52,785 nucleotides of DNA from the NCBI GenBank assembly GCA_964479435.1, contig CAYZME010000002.1:1-52785 (forward strand). The letters are read 5' to 3'. How positions within the stretch are numbered: position 1 is the stretch's first letter; every line of letters starts with the position of its first letter. Both the position numbers and the translations under genes were made by a program. Below the pieces are notes generated by a model that saw nothing but the letters and a program-made list of their open reading frames with translations, made no database searches and was not told the DNA's origin. Positions 43,109-51,936 of this stretch are shown piece by piece. This DNA comes from an uncultured Oscillospiraceae bacterium (GTDB taxonomy: Bacteria > Bacillota > Clostridia > Saccharofermentanales > UBA5734).

Positions 43109-43915
43109 CTACGCGTGGTGATCGGTGGTGAACAGGTGGTGTTGTCCGGGCTCCGTCAGCGGCAGGACATCGGTCGCCGACAAGCCGCAGGCCGCCAGCT
43201 CCCGCGTCAGCCGGCCGGGCAGGGACAAATCACCGCACAGGTGCATTGGCACCAGCCATTTGGGGGCCAGCCGCACCGCGACGACGCGGGCGCCGCGTGT
43301 GGCGTGTTCGCCCAGGCGCCCGTCGACCGGAAACATCACCAGATCCAGGCCGCGCGGCGCCAGGCCATCCATCGCGTCGCACACGTTGCGCAGCTCGCGG
43401 CGGAAAGCCGCCTCGCTCGACTCCAGCTCTTCCGGGGTGCTCTCCTGTGCCCAATACCAATCGTTCAAATCGCCGGCATGAAACACCAGGTTGCCGTCGA
43501 CCGATAACATAAAGGAAACGCCCATATCGGTCGAGCCGAAGGTACGGATCCATTCGATGCCCGGCAGAAAGCGGGCCGCGTCCGCCGCGCCAAACCGCGC
43601 GACCGGGTCGAGCGTCTGGTAGGCGCGCACCGTCGTGTACCGTTGGCGCGCGGGGTCGATACGCTGACGCACAGCGGGGGCGTCGCACGAGACATCCAGC
43701 ACATAACAGGCATGGGGGATCTGGTAATCCAGCCATCCCGGGTTCCAGTGATCGCTGTGTGCGTGAGACGATAAAAAAACGACGGGTTTGCCCAGGCGGA
43801 TGACGCGTTCCATCACGGAGGCGGGATCTAAATAGAGGTCAAAGACCAGTACGCACTCCGCGCATTCCAACGCGAAGCCGCTGTGTCCGATCAGATCGAG
43901 GCGCAGCAATGCCAT
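43109..43915 (-). CDS. MBL-fold metallo-hydrolase
   Basis: SSHAHSDHWN (HxHxDH) motif. AAGGAGA SD before ATG 43915. Confidence 0.75.
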   Translation of the reverse strand: MALLRLDLIGHSGFALECAECVLVFDLYLDPASVMERVIRLGKPVVFLSSHAHSDHWNPGWLDYQIPHACYVLDVSCDAPAVRQRIDPARQRYTTVRAYQTLDPVARFGAADAARFLPGIEWIRTFGSTDMGVSFMLSVDGNLVFHAGDLNDWYWAQESTPEELESSEAAFRRELRNVCDAMDGLAPRGLDLVMFPVDGRLGEHATRGARVVAVRLAPKWLVPMHLCGDLSLPGRLTRELAACGLSATDVLPLTEPGQHHLFTTDHHA

Positions 43916-43940
43916 GTGCTTGTCTCCTTTTTACAGTGCC

Positions 43941-43946
43941 ATTATA
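43941..43946 (-). promoter_or_regulatory. Proximal -10 (TATAAT) upstream of the MBL hydrolase gene
   Basis: Minus strand GAGGTATAATGG, 25 nt upstream of the ATG. No -35 and no TG extension. Confidence 0.4.
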
Positions 43947-44020
43947 CCTCACAGCGGGGAGCACACGCGCCGGGTTTCGCGCGATGCGAGGGCCGACAAC
44001 AGAACCTTTTTCGGTGTTGT

Positions 44021-44048
44021 AGTATATCGCAAGATCCCCGCTTTGCAA
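44021..44048 (-). promoter_or_regulatory. Distal candidate promoter upstream of the MBL hydrolase gene
   Basis: Minus strand: TTGCAA (44043..44048, inside the palindrome TTTGCAAA), 16-nt spacer, TATACT (44021..44026). It would give a leader of about 100 nt. Confidence 0.5.
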
Positions 44049-44142
44049 ACCGCGGCGGCTGTGCCGCGGCACGGCGCGCGGGGCGACACGCGCCTCCAGG
44101 CGGAAGCGGCCTTTCAAGCCCGTCCGTGGCCGCGGGCCGCGC

Positions 44143-45594
44143 TCAATCCCCGGCCGCCAACGCCTCCCGCAGGACAGCGGCAAGCGCCCGGGCATCCGCG
44201 CGGCCGCGCAGTTCCCGCATGCCTTGCCCGATCAAAAACCGCAGGGCTTTTTCTTTGCCGCCGCGGTAATCCGCGACCGGGCCGGGATGGGCGGCGATGA
44301 CTTTTTCCACGGCCGCCCGGAGCGCGTCGGCGTCACGCAACATTTCCAACCCGTGCTCACGGATATACACCTCCGGGTCGGCGCCCTCGAAATACGCGGC
44401 GCGCAGCGCCATCCGTGCCGCGTCCCGTGTCACGCGGCCTGCCGCCACCATGCGGACGACCGCGACCAGCGCGTCGGGGTCCATGCTCGCCTCCTCGGCG
44501 GCCACGCCGGCCTCGTTGTGCAGTTGCCGGAATTCACCCAGCAGCCAGTTGGCGACCTCTTGGGGTTGCCCGGTGCGTGCGGCCGCATAGTCAAACAGCC
44601 GGGCCGCCGCCGGCGAGGTGGTCAGTAAATCCGCGTCGTACGCGGACAGGCCGTATGCGCTCATCCAGCGCGCGCGCACCGCCTCGGGCAGCTCTGGCAA
44701 CGCCGCCGCGACTTGCGCCAGCCACGCTTCATCGATCCACACCGGCGGCAGGTCGGGGTCGGGGAAATAGCGGTAATCATCGACGTCCGTTTTGACGCGC
44801 ATGGCGTAGCTCGTTCCCTGGCTCTCATCCCAGCGCCGCGTCTCCTGGATCACGCTTTCGCCGCGCGACAGCGATTCCGCCTGCCGGCGGCTCTCAGCGG
44901 CGATCGCGCGCGCGATGGCGCGGAACGAATTCATGTTCTTCATCTCGGTCCGCTGCCCCAACGCCCGGGAACCGGGTGCCCGCACCGACACATTGACATC
45001 CACGCGCATCGAGCCCTCTTGCATCCGGCAATCGGATACCCCCGTGAACAGGAGGATCGCGCGCAGCCGGGTCAGAAAATCGATCACTTCCGCGGGCGTC
45101 CGGAAATCCGGCGCCGTCACAATTTCCAACAGGGGGATGCCGCTGCGGTTGTAATCCACCCGTGCCAGATCCTCCCCCGCCGTGTACAACAGCTTGCCCG
45201 CGTCTTCTTCCATATGGATTTGCCGGATGCCGACGCGCTTGCGCCCGCCCGTCGTTCCGTCGCCGGCCCAGACCTCCAACCAGCCCTCGCGGCAGACCGG
45301 CAAGTAAAGCTGCGAGACCTGATACGCCTTGGGCAAGTCGGGGTAAAAATAATTCTTGCGATCAAAACGCGTTTCGCGCGCGATCCGGCAATGGGTCGCC
45401 AACCCGGCGCGGATGGCAAATTCCACCACCTGGCGGTTGAGTTTTGGCAAGGTGCCGGGCAACCCCAGGCAGATCTCACACACCTGGGTGTTGGGCGCGG
45501 CGCCAAACGCGGTGGCGCAAGAGCAAAATATTTTGGAGCGGGTCGCCAACTCGACGTGCACTTCGAGCCCGACAACGGTTTCGTACGGGTTCAT
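44143..45594 (-). CDS. gatB: Asp-tRNA(Asn)/Glu-tRNA(Gln) amidotransferase subunit B
   Basis: MNPYETVVGLEVHVEL...SKIFCSC and a C-terminal YqeY-like tail. Its start overlaps the gatA stop by 4 nt. Confidence 0.95.
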   Translation of the reverse strand: MNPYETVVGLEVHVELATRSKIFCSCATAFGAAPNTQVCEICLGLPGTLPKLNRQVVEFAIRAGLATHCRIARETRFDRKNYFYPDLPKAYQVSQLYLPVCREGWLEVWAGDGTTGGRKRVGIRQIHMEEDAGKLLYTAGEDLARVDYNRSGIPLLEIVTAPDFRTPAEVIDFLTRLRAILLFTGVSDCRMQEGSMRVDVNVSVRAPGSRALGQRTEMKNMNSFRAIARAIAAESRRQAESLSRGESVIQETRRWDESQGTSYAMRVKTDVDDYRYFPDPDLPPVWIDEAWLAQVAAALPELPEAVRARWMSAYGLSAYDADLLTTSPAAARLFDYAAARTGQPQEVANWLLGEFRQLHNEAGVAAEEASMDPDALVAVVRMVAAGRVTRDAARMALRAAYFEGADPEVYIREHGLEMLRDADALRAAVEKVIAAHPGPVADYRGGKEKALRFLIGQGMRELRGRADARALAAVLREALAAGD

Positions 45595-47180
45595 GACCGC
45601 ACCTCTTTCCCGCCGTTCGCGCCCGCCGGATCGCGGACCGGCTCCCGGGCAAAAGCGGCTTCCAGCTGTGCGGCGGTATCGAGCAAAACCCCCTCGCCAA
45701 AGCGCCCGCCGATCAGCTGCACGCCCACCGGCAGACCGCCCGGGTCCACCCCACAGGGCAGCGACAGCGCCGGCAGTCCCGCCAGGTTGGCGCCGACCGT
45801 ACAGATGTCGCTCTGGTACATCCGGAGCGGCTGGCCGAGGCTGGCGCCCAGCAAGGGCGCGGGGGTCGGCGACACCGGGCCCAGCAACACATCAAATCGG
45901 GACAGCGCCGCGTCCAGGTCGCGCCGGATCACCGCGCGGGCGCGCGTCGCCTGCGCAAAATACGTTTCATACTGTTCGGTGCGCAAGACCCAATTGCCGA
46001 GCAACAGGCGGCGTTTGGCTTCCAAGCCGAATCCCCGGCTGCGGGTGCGCACGTACAAGTCTTCCACATCCCGCGCCCCCTCGGCCCGCGCCCCGTAGCG
46101 GACGCCATCGTAGCGCGCCAGGTTCGACGCGGCCTCGGCACAGGCAAGGACGTAAAAAACGGCGACGCCATGCGTCAACATCGGCAGCGAGAATTCTTCA
46201 CATGTCGCCCCCAACTGTTCCAACCGCCCCGCGGCCTGCCGTACCCGCTCGTCCACCGCGGCATCCATGCCTTCGCAAAAATACTCTTGCGGCAGGCCGA
46301 CACGCAGACCGCGCAAGGGAGTGGGGGCATCCGCGGCGGCGCGCTTCTGCTCCGGGCACATCCCCCAGGCGCCGTTCACCGCGGCCAAAGCCGCGGCCCC
46401 CGCGCCGCGTGGGCGCACCGCGGTCGCGTCGCGCGGATCCGGGCCGGCCACTGCCGCCAACAAAGCCGCGCAATCCGCGACGGTGCGGCCGAACGAGCCG
46501 ATCTGATCCAGCGAGGACGCGTACGCGATCAAGCCATAACGTGAGACGGCGCCGTACGTCGGCTTGATGCCGACCACACCGCAATACGAAGCCGGTTGGC
46601 GGACCGACCCGCCGGTGTCGGACCCGAGGGCGGCATAGGTCTCTCCGGCCGCGACCGCCGCCGCCGAGCCGCCCGAGGATCCCCCCGGGGAGCGGGTCAA
46701 ATCGTGCGGATTGGCCGTCGCCGCATAGCAGGAGGTTTCCGTGGTGCTGCCCATCGAGAATTCATCGAGATTGGTTTGACCCAGCAAGACCGCGTCCGCT
46801 TCCCGCAAGCGCCGCACCGCGGTCGCGTCATAGGGCGGCCGGAAACCCGCGAGCAGCCGCGAGCCGCCCGTCGTCTCCCAACCGGCCACGCAGATGTTCG
46901 CTTTGACGGACACCGGGATGCCGGTCATCGCTGGTAAGCCCGAAACCTCACCGGACGCCCGGGCGGCGTCGACGCGCGCCTGCGCGCGCCCGGCCGCGGC
47001 CTGCGCTTGTTCGATATCCACATAGATATGGCTGCGCGTCTGTCCGCCCACCGCGGAGATTCGCGCCAGAGCCGCCTGCAAGACCTCCGGGGCGGAGACC
47101 GCGCCCTGGCGCAGCATGCGGCCGATCGCCATCGCGTCGAGAGCGGCCAGCCCTGTCGCCGACGGCAATGCCCGTTTCAT
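45591..47180 (-). CDS. gatA: Asp-tRNA(Asn)/Glu-tRNA(Gln) amidotransferase subunit A
   Basis: Amidase signature GGSSGGSAAAVA. Its start overlaps the gatC stop by 4 nt. Confidence 0.95.
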   Translation of the reverse strand: MKRALPSATGLAALDAMAIGRMLRQGAVSAPEVLQAALARISAVGGQTRSHIYVDIEQAQAAAGRAQARVDAARASGEVSGLPAMTGIPVSVKANICVAGWETTGGSRLLAGFRPPYDATAVRRLREADAVLLGQTNLDEFSMGSTTETSCYAATANPHDLTRSPGGSSGGSAAAVAAGETYAALGSDTGGSVRQPASYCGVVGIKPTYGAVSRYGLIAYASSLDQIGSFGRTVADCAALLAAVAGPDPRDATAVRPRGAGAAALAAVNGAWGMCPEQKRAAADAPTPLRGLRVGLPQEYFCEGMDAAVDERVRQAAGRLEQLGATCEEFSLPMLTHGVAVFYVLACAEAASNLARYDGVRYGARAEGARDVEDLYVRTRSRGFGLEAKRRLLLGNWVLRTEQYETYFAQATRARAVIRRDLDAALSRFDVLLGPVSPTPAPLLGASLGQPLRMYQSDICTVGANLAGLPALSLPCGVDPGGLPVGVQLIGGRFGEGVLLDTAAQLEAAFAREPVRDPAGANGGKEVRS

Positions 47181-47461
47181 TCGCGGAGGCGCGGCACCAC
47201 AAGATAGCCGTCGCGTGCTGTCGGTGCCGCGGCCAGAAAAGCGCCGGCTGCCGGCGCAGGGATCACCTCATCCGCGCGCAGATCATGGTCGCGCGATTCG
47301 GGCTCAGCGGCCGGAGCCTGCGGGAGGTCAAGCGCCACCAGATCGGACAGATAAGCGAGGATGGACGTCAGATCCTCCGTCAGCCGGGCCCGCTCTGGCG
47401 CCGTCAGCGCCAGCCGGGCCTGGGTCTCGAGTTCAGTGATCACGGCCTCGTCAAAAATCAT
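47177..47461 (-). CDS. gatC: Asp-tRNA(Asn)/Glu-tRNA(Gln) amidotransferase subunit C
   Basis: 94 aa, with LARLALTAPE...L..IL.Y...L pattern. ATG 47461 after GGGAGGAAG. Operon position upstream of gatA. Confidence 0.85.
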   Translation of the reverse strand: MIFDEAVITELETQARLALTAPERARLTEDLTSILAYLSDLVALDLPQAPAAEPESRDHDLRADEVIPAPAAGAFLAAAPTARDGYLVVPRLRE

Positions 47462-47507
47462 CGGCACTTCCTCCCGACGTGTGCGGCCCATCGTCTTGCA
47501 CCGCCGG

Positions 47508-48401
47508 TCAATCTGCTTTGACCGCAATGTTGCCCGAGGTCACGTGAATCGAACATTGCGCCGCGCCCGTCCCCAGCGTCTGCGTGATCGAACTGTTGGT
47601 CATCGGCAGCGCGTCCAGATTGCCGCTGATCGTGCCCGCTTCGACCCCGATGGCCAGCGCCACATCCGCGCTTTTGGGCAAACGCAACGTCACGTTGCCC
47701 GCCGTGAGCTCAGCGACCAGCGAGGTGTCCGCTCGCACTTCGGCGAGGTGGATGTCCAGGTTGCCCGATACCAGCGCGATCCGGCTGTCCCCCGCCAGGC
47801 GCATCCCGTTCATGGTGATGTTGCCGGCGTTGTTGACGATCCACACCGTCCCCGCGTACCCGGTCAACTCCGTGTTGCCGGCCGACTGGTAAATCTCAAT
47901 CGCGGTGATGCCCGGCGGCAGGAGCAATTCATATTCCAGCCCGACATTGACGTTGGGGTGGGTGCTTTCTTTCCACTCCCAGAAGTTGATGCGGTCGTCG
48001 GTCTTGTATACTTCCTTGATTCGCAGGCTGTCTCCCTCGACCAAGGTCTGGTAGGTGACCGCCCCGACCACCGCTTTGAGCGTCGAGGCGCCGTTTCCGG
48101 ACGCTTTTTTGCGCAACAAGCCGCGCACGCGTTCGCCGTCGGTGGCGCGCACGCGGATGGTTCCGGTGTGGTTTTCGACCACGACACGGTGATACGTGCC
48201 CGCCGGGATGCTGATGTCCTCGGTGTCCTCATAGTTGGACACGTTGCTTCCCGCCCATGAACAGCCGGAAACCAGCCCGATCAGGCCCGACATCACCACC
48301 ATCCATAACGCAAAGCGCCGCGCAACGCACCGCGCGTAGCGCAACCGGACCCCGCCGCGCCCGGGCGGACAACCTGCGGATTTCAATGGATTTTTTCTCA
48401 T
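47508..48401 (-). CDS. Lipoprotein with repeated beta-strand units (DUF4097-like putative adhesin fold)
   Basis: Lipobox LVSGC. Recurrent GN(I/L/V)x(I/L/M) units (AGNITMNG, SGNLDIHL, AGNVTLRL, GTISGNLD, SGNIAVKA). ATG 48401; the track start 48407 is GTG. Confidence 0.6.
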   Translation of the reverse strand: MRKNPLKSAGCPPGRGGVRLRYARCVARRFALWMVVMSGLIGLVSGCSWAGSNVSNYEDTEDISIPAGTYHRVVVENHTGTIRVRATDGERVRGLLRKKASGNGASTLKAVVGAVTYQTLVEGDSLRIKEVYKTDDRINFWEWKESTHPNVNVGLEYELLLPPGITAIEIYQSAGNTELTGYAGTVWIVNNAGNITMNGMRLAGDSRIALVSGNLDIHLAEVRADTSLVAELTAGNVTLRLPKSADVALAIGVEAGTISGNLDALPMTNSSITQTLGTGAAQCSIHVTSGNIAVKAD

Positions 48402-48416
48402 CGGCACACCCCGCCT

Positions 48417-49508
48417 CTACATGTGTTTGCGCCAAAAGGCCATCGCCTGTCCCCAGTCGGTGCGGCTGAGGAAGTGCCCGCCTTCGCGCAGGTGGTAGCC
48501 AACCCGCCCCTCGTGCCAGGCCATCGCCACCGGCCCGCGCGGATACCCGTCCGACGGACCCGCCAACCCGGCCACGCCCAGGAGGCGATACACCGGGTCG
48601 ACCGCCAGGCAGCCGAGGAATTCCGCGTACGGGTCCGACCAGATGTCCTGCCGCGCGCCGCCGTGGCACAGCAGTCGCGGCGCGATCAAAGCCAGTAGCC
48701 AGTGCTGGTCAAACGGCATCGCGTCTTCGTTGTCCGCGTGTTTGCGGTAATTCTCACAAAACCAATAGCCGAACGCGTCCATTATGTGATGGATGTGCTC
48801 GCCGCGCTTGCCGCGCGTCAGCGCGGTGCCCGCGCAGCCCGATTCGTTGGTATAAACCATCGAGAAGCGCGGATCGTTGGCGGCGCACCACAAAGCGGTT
48901 TTGCCCAGGCGCGAATGACCGATCACCGCCACCCGGCCGGCGTCGACCGCGGGGATGCGCTCCAACGCGTCCATCACGCGGCTGGCCGCCCAAGACCACA
49001 GCGCGATTTTGCCCCACTCGTCGGGGCCGCGGCTCGCCATCGCGAGCCGCCCGGCCAAGCCGCTGACAAACCCGTCGTCCGCGTCCGTCGACACATCGTG
49101 GTAACAGAAAGAGGCCAGGGCATACCCGTTGTCGAGGATCTCCTCGACCGGGCAATAGCGGTCCGGCAGATCCGGCCGGAAAGCGATGTGCAAGAACACC
49201 GGCGGGCGTTCCCCGCGCGGGACCAGCAAATGGAAGGGAAAGGAAAACCGGCCACCCGGCGTGTCAAAAGACAACACATAGGTGGTGTGGGTCGCTTTGC
49301 CCCCATACGCGTTTTCCTCTGTGGCGTCGATCGCCAAAGACAACCCGGACGGCGGCGGCGGCGAAACGCCGTACACTTCCCGCGTCAACAGATCCAGGAT
49401 TTCCGCGCGGCGGGCCGGCCAAGCGGCCGCCGTCCCGGCGCCGCCCAGCACATCGGGCAAACCGGCCGGCAAAAGGGAAGGGTCCAAACGATACGCTGCG
49501 TTCTCCAT
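48417..49508 (-). CDS. Alpha/beta hydrolase, glucuronoyl-esterase (CE15)-like
   Basis: VIGHSRLGKTALWCAANDPRF...TNESGCAG parallels the CE15 G-C-S-R-x-GK...ESG motif block. The nucleophile Ser is in GHSRLG. Confidence 0.55.
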   Translation of the reverse strand: MENAAYRLDPSLLPAGLPDVLGGAGTAAAWPARRAEILDLLTREVYGVSPPPPSGLSLAIDATEENAYGGKATHTTYVLSFDTPGGRFSFPFHLLVPRGERPPVFLHIAFRPDLPDRYCPVEEILDNGYALASFCYHDVSTDADDGFVSGLAGRLAMASRGPDEWGKIALWSWAASRVMDALERIPAVDAGRVAVIGHSRLGKTALWCAANDPRFSMVYTNESGCAGTALTRGKRGEHIHHIMDAFGYWFCENYRKHADNEDAMPFDQHWLLALIAPRLLCHGGARQDIWSDPYAEFLGCLAVDPVYRLLGVAGLAGPSDGYPRGPVAMAWHEGRVGYHLREGGHFLSRTDWGQAMAFWRKHM

Positions 49509-49558
49509 CTCAAAACCTCATTTCCTCTGTCTCTCTTCGCGTCAATCTGTCCTTCTCA

Positions 49559-51034
49559 TCATATCAGCATCCGGCCGGCAGCGGGCGCCAACCGATCCCG
49601 GTAGAGCGTCCACAGCGCGTCCGCGTCGCCGACATTGCCGGGAAAAATCACGTAGGGCAGATCCGGGAAACGGCTTTCCGGCCCCAGCCGCCACACCGGC
49701 ACCCCCGGCAGCGCCTGCCCCCATACCAGCGCCCGCCGCACCCCCAGCGCCCGCACGCCGATGTCACTGGCGGTAATCCCGCCTTTGGCGACCAGAAAGC
49801 GTGGCCGCACCGTCAACGAGGCAACCATCCGCACCAGGGCGCCCGACACCTCGACCGACAGCGCTAGGTCGGCTTCGGGCGTGCCGGCCGTCAACAGGCG
49901 GCGCGTAGTGCAAACCACAACCGAACGCCCCGCGGCCAGGTCGTCCGAGACCGCGGCGGCCAGGCGGATCGCAGTCGCGTCCGCCGTGCCGTCGCGCACC
50001 GCCCCGACGTCAAATTCATACGAGACCAGATCGGCCCGGGCCACCAGTCTCTGCCATTGCGCCGTCGTGCGGGCGACGTGCGAACCGACGACAAACAAGC
50101 CCCCATGCGCCGTCTCGTCCGGCACCAGTTCCGCGCGGGTCAACAGCCCCCGCGGCACCACGCCGCCCAGCGCACGCGGCATCGCGGCCGCGGTGCGCAA
50201 GAGAAAAGTTTTGCCGGCCCGCCGGGCGCGCAAGATCGCCGCCGCCGCCACTTCGACATCCGCCTCTGCCAGCGCGTCGACGACAATTTTGCTAAAACCG
50301 CGCACGCGCGTCAGAATCGCGGCCAGCCCATCCATGTCCCGCGCCCGCAACATCGCCAGCGGCAGGTGTGCCACCGCGTCCGCACGTGTGGCGCCGCCGC
50401 TTTTTTCCTCGATCCAGGCGGCCAGATCCGAGTGGCGATACCCGAATGTGCGATCGCGGGCGAATTCGGTTTCGCCCGCGGGGACCAGGCGCTCCTGTTC
50501 GACGACGTAATGGACACCGTCCAGTGTCAGGCGGCCGCCTTCGCGAAAGAACGGGCACAAAATCTCGCCGTCGATGGCCTGGCCGCCCGTCGCTTCGAGC
50601 GTGCGGCGCAGGGTGTCGGTTTCCAGCGGATAATGCCCGCGCAAGGTCGAATCGCTGCGGGAAATCAGCAAAAAGCGCTGGCCGCGCGCGCGGGCCGCGG
50701 CCGCGATCCCGCGCGCCAGCCGCTCGTGCAGGGCCTGTGTCCCGGCGCGGGTGAGGCTGCGGGAGTTGGTCAAAATAAAGAACATGCGGCCGGACTGGTC
50801 AAAGGCCTGTTCGATGTCCGCCGGGTCAAACCCCGTGTAGACCGGAATCCCGTGCACGGTTTGTACGCCGGTCGGATCGTCGTCCAGCACGATCACCCGC
50901 GCGTCATCCGCCGCCAGTTCTGCCGCCAGCAGCGCCCGCGCGGCGACGGGATCGGCCGCCGGATAGTGGGCGGCGGCGTCCGGCACGGTCCAGCCGCGCC
51001 AAGGGGCATATTCCGGGACCGCGCCCGGGGTCAT
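49559..51034 (-). CDS. Four-carbon acid sugar kinase family protein (DUF1537; OtnK/DtnK-like)
   Basis: VIVLDDDPTGVQTVHG N-terminal motif and two-domain length (491 aa). Its ATG overlaps the stop of the upstream dehydrogenase (ATGA). Confidence 0.75.
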   Translation of the reverse strand: MTPGAVPEYAPWRGWTVPDAAAHYPAADPVAARALLAAELAADDARVIVLDDDPTGVQTVHGIPVYTGFDPADIEQAFDQSGRMFFILTNSRSLTRAGTQALHERLARGIAAAARARGQRFLLISRSDSTLRGHYPLETDTLRRTLEATGGQAIDGEILCPFFREGGRLTLDGVHYVVEQERLVPAGETEFARDRTFGYRHSDLAAWIEEKSGGATRADAVAHLPLAMLRARDMDGLAAILTRVRGFSKIVVDALAEADVEVAAAAILRARRAGKTFLLRTAAAMPRALGGVVPRGLLTRAELVPDETAHGGLFVVGSHVARTTAQWQRLVARADLVSYEFDVGAVRDGTADATAIRLAAAVSDDLAAGRSVVVCTTRRLLTAGTPEADLALSVEVSGALVRMVASLTVRPRFLVAKGGITASDIGVRALGVRRALVWGQALPGVPVWRLGPESRFPDLPYVIFPGNVGDADALWTLYRDRLAPAAGRMLI

Positions 51035-51936
51035 GCCTGTCCGTCCTGTGTGCCGCGGATCTCGATCCCGGCGGCGTCTTCATAATAACGGGCGATCGCG
51101 GCATGATCCAGATCCATCAGGCCGGCGTTGTCCAGCCAGGTAAATATGCCGCCCAGAACCGACGTCAGCGGCATCTCGAGATGGAGCGAACGGGCGGTCT
51201 CTATCACGTTGTTGAGGTCCTTTTTGTTGATCGCGACCCGCCCGCCGGGGGCAAAATCGCGCGCGAGAATCATCGGCATTTTGGCATCTAGCACGACACT
51301 GCCGGCCAGGCCGCCGCGCACCGCTTCGTAGACTTTGGCGGGGTCCACGCCACCACGCACCGCCAGGGTCATCGCCTCGGCTACGGCGGCGATGGTCAGG
51401 TTGACGATCACCTGATTGGCGAGTTTGGCCATGGTGCCGGCGCCGTGTCCGCCGATGTGGATCGCCGAAGCCCCCATCGCCAGCAGCAACGGCTGGACCG
51501 CCGCGAACGCGTCCGCGCGGCCGCCGACCATAAAGGCCAGGGTGCCGTCGATGGCTTTGGGCTCGCCGCCGCTGACCGGCGCGTCCAGCATCACCACTTC
51601 GTGTAGACGGCATTGCTCTTCCATCTCGCGCGATGCCGCCGGCGAAACCGAGCTGGTGTCGACGACGAGGGTGCCCGGGCGCGCGGTCGACAAGATGCCA
51701 TGCGCGTCACACAGCACCTGCCGCACCTGCGGCGCGTCCGGCAGGGAGAGCAGGATCACCTCGCACTCCGCGCCGATCGCGGCGGGGTCGGCCGCGCCGC
51801 GCGCGCCTTCTGCCACCAGCGCGCGCACCGCCTCCGGGTCGATGTCGTATACCACCAGCCCGTGCCCTTTGCGCAGCAGATTGCGGGCCATCGGGCGGCC
51901 CATGATTCCCAGACCGATAAAGCCGATTGGACTCAT
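51031..51936 (-). CDS. NAD(P)-dependent 3-hydroxyacid dehydrogenase (HIBADH/GarR/LtnD family)
   Basis: IGFIGLGIMGRPMARNL Rossmann motif. 301 aa. Its ATG overlaps the stop of the upstream GH42 gene. Confidence 0.8.
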   Translation of the reverse strand: MSPIGFIGLGIMGRPMARNLLRKGHGLVVYDIDPEAVRALVAEGARGAADPAAIGAECEVILLSLPDAPQVRQVLCDAHGILSTARPGTLVVDTSSVSPAASREMEEQCRLHEVVMLDAPVSGGEPKAIDGTLAFMVGGRADAFAAVQPLLLAMGASAIHIGGHGAGTMAKLANQVIVNLTIAAVAEAMTLAVRGGVDPAKVYEAVRGGLAGSVVLDAKMPMILARDFAPGGRVAINKKDLNNVIETARSLHLEMPLTSVLGGIFTWLDNAGLMDLDHAAIARYYEDAAGIEIRGTQDGQA

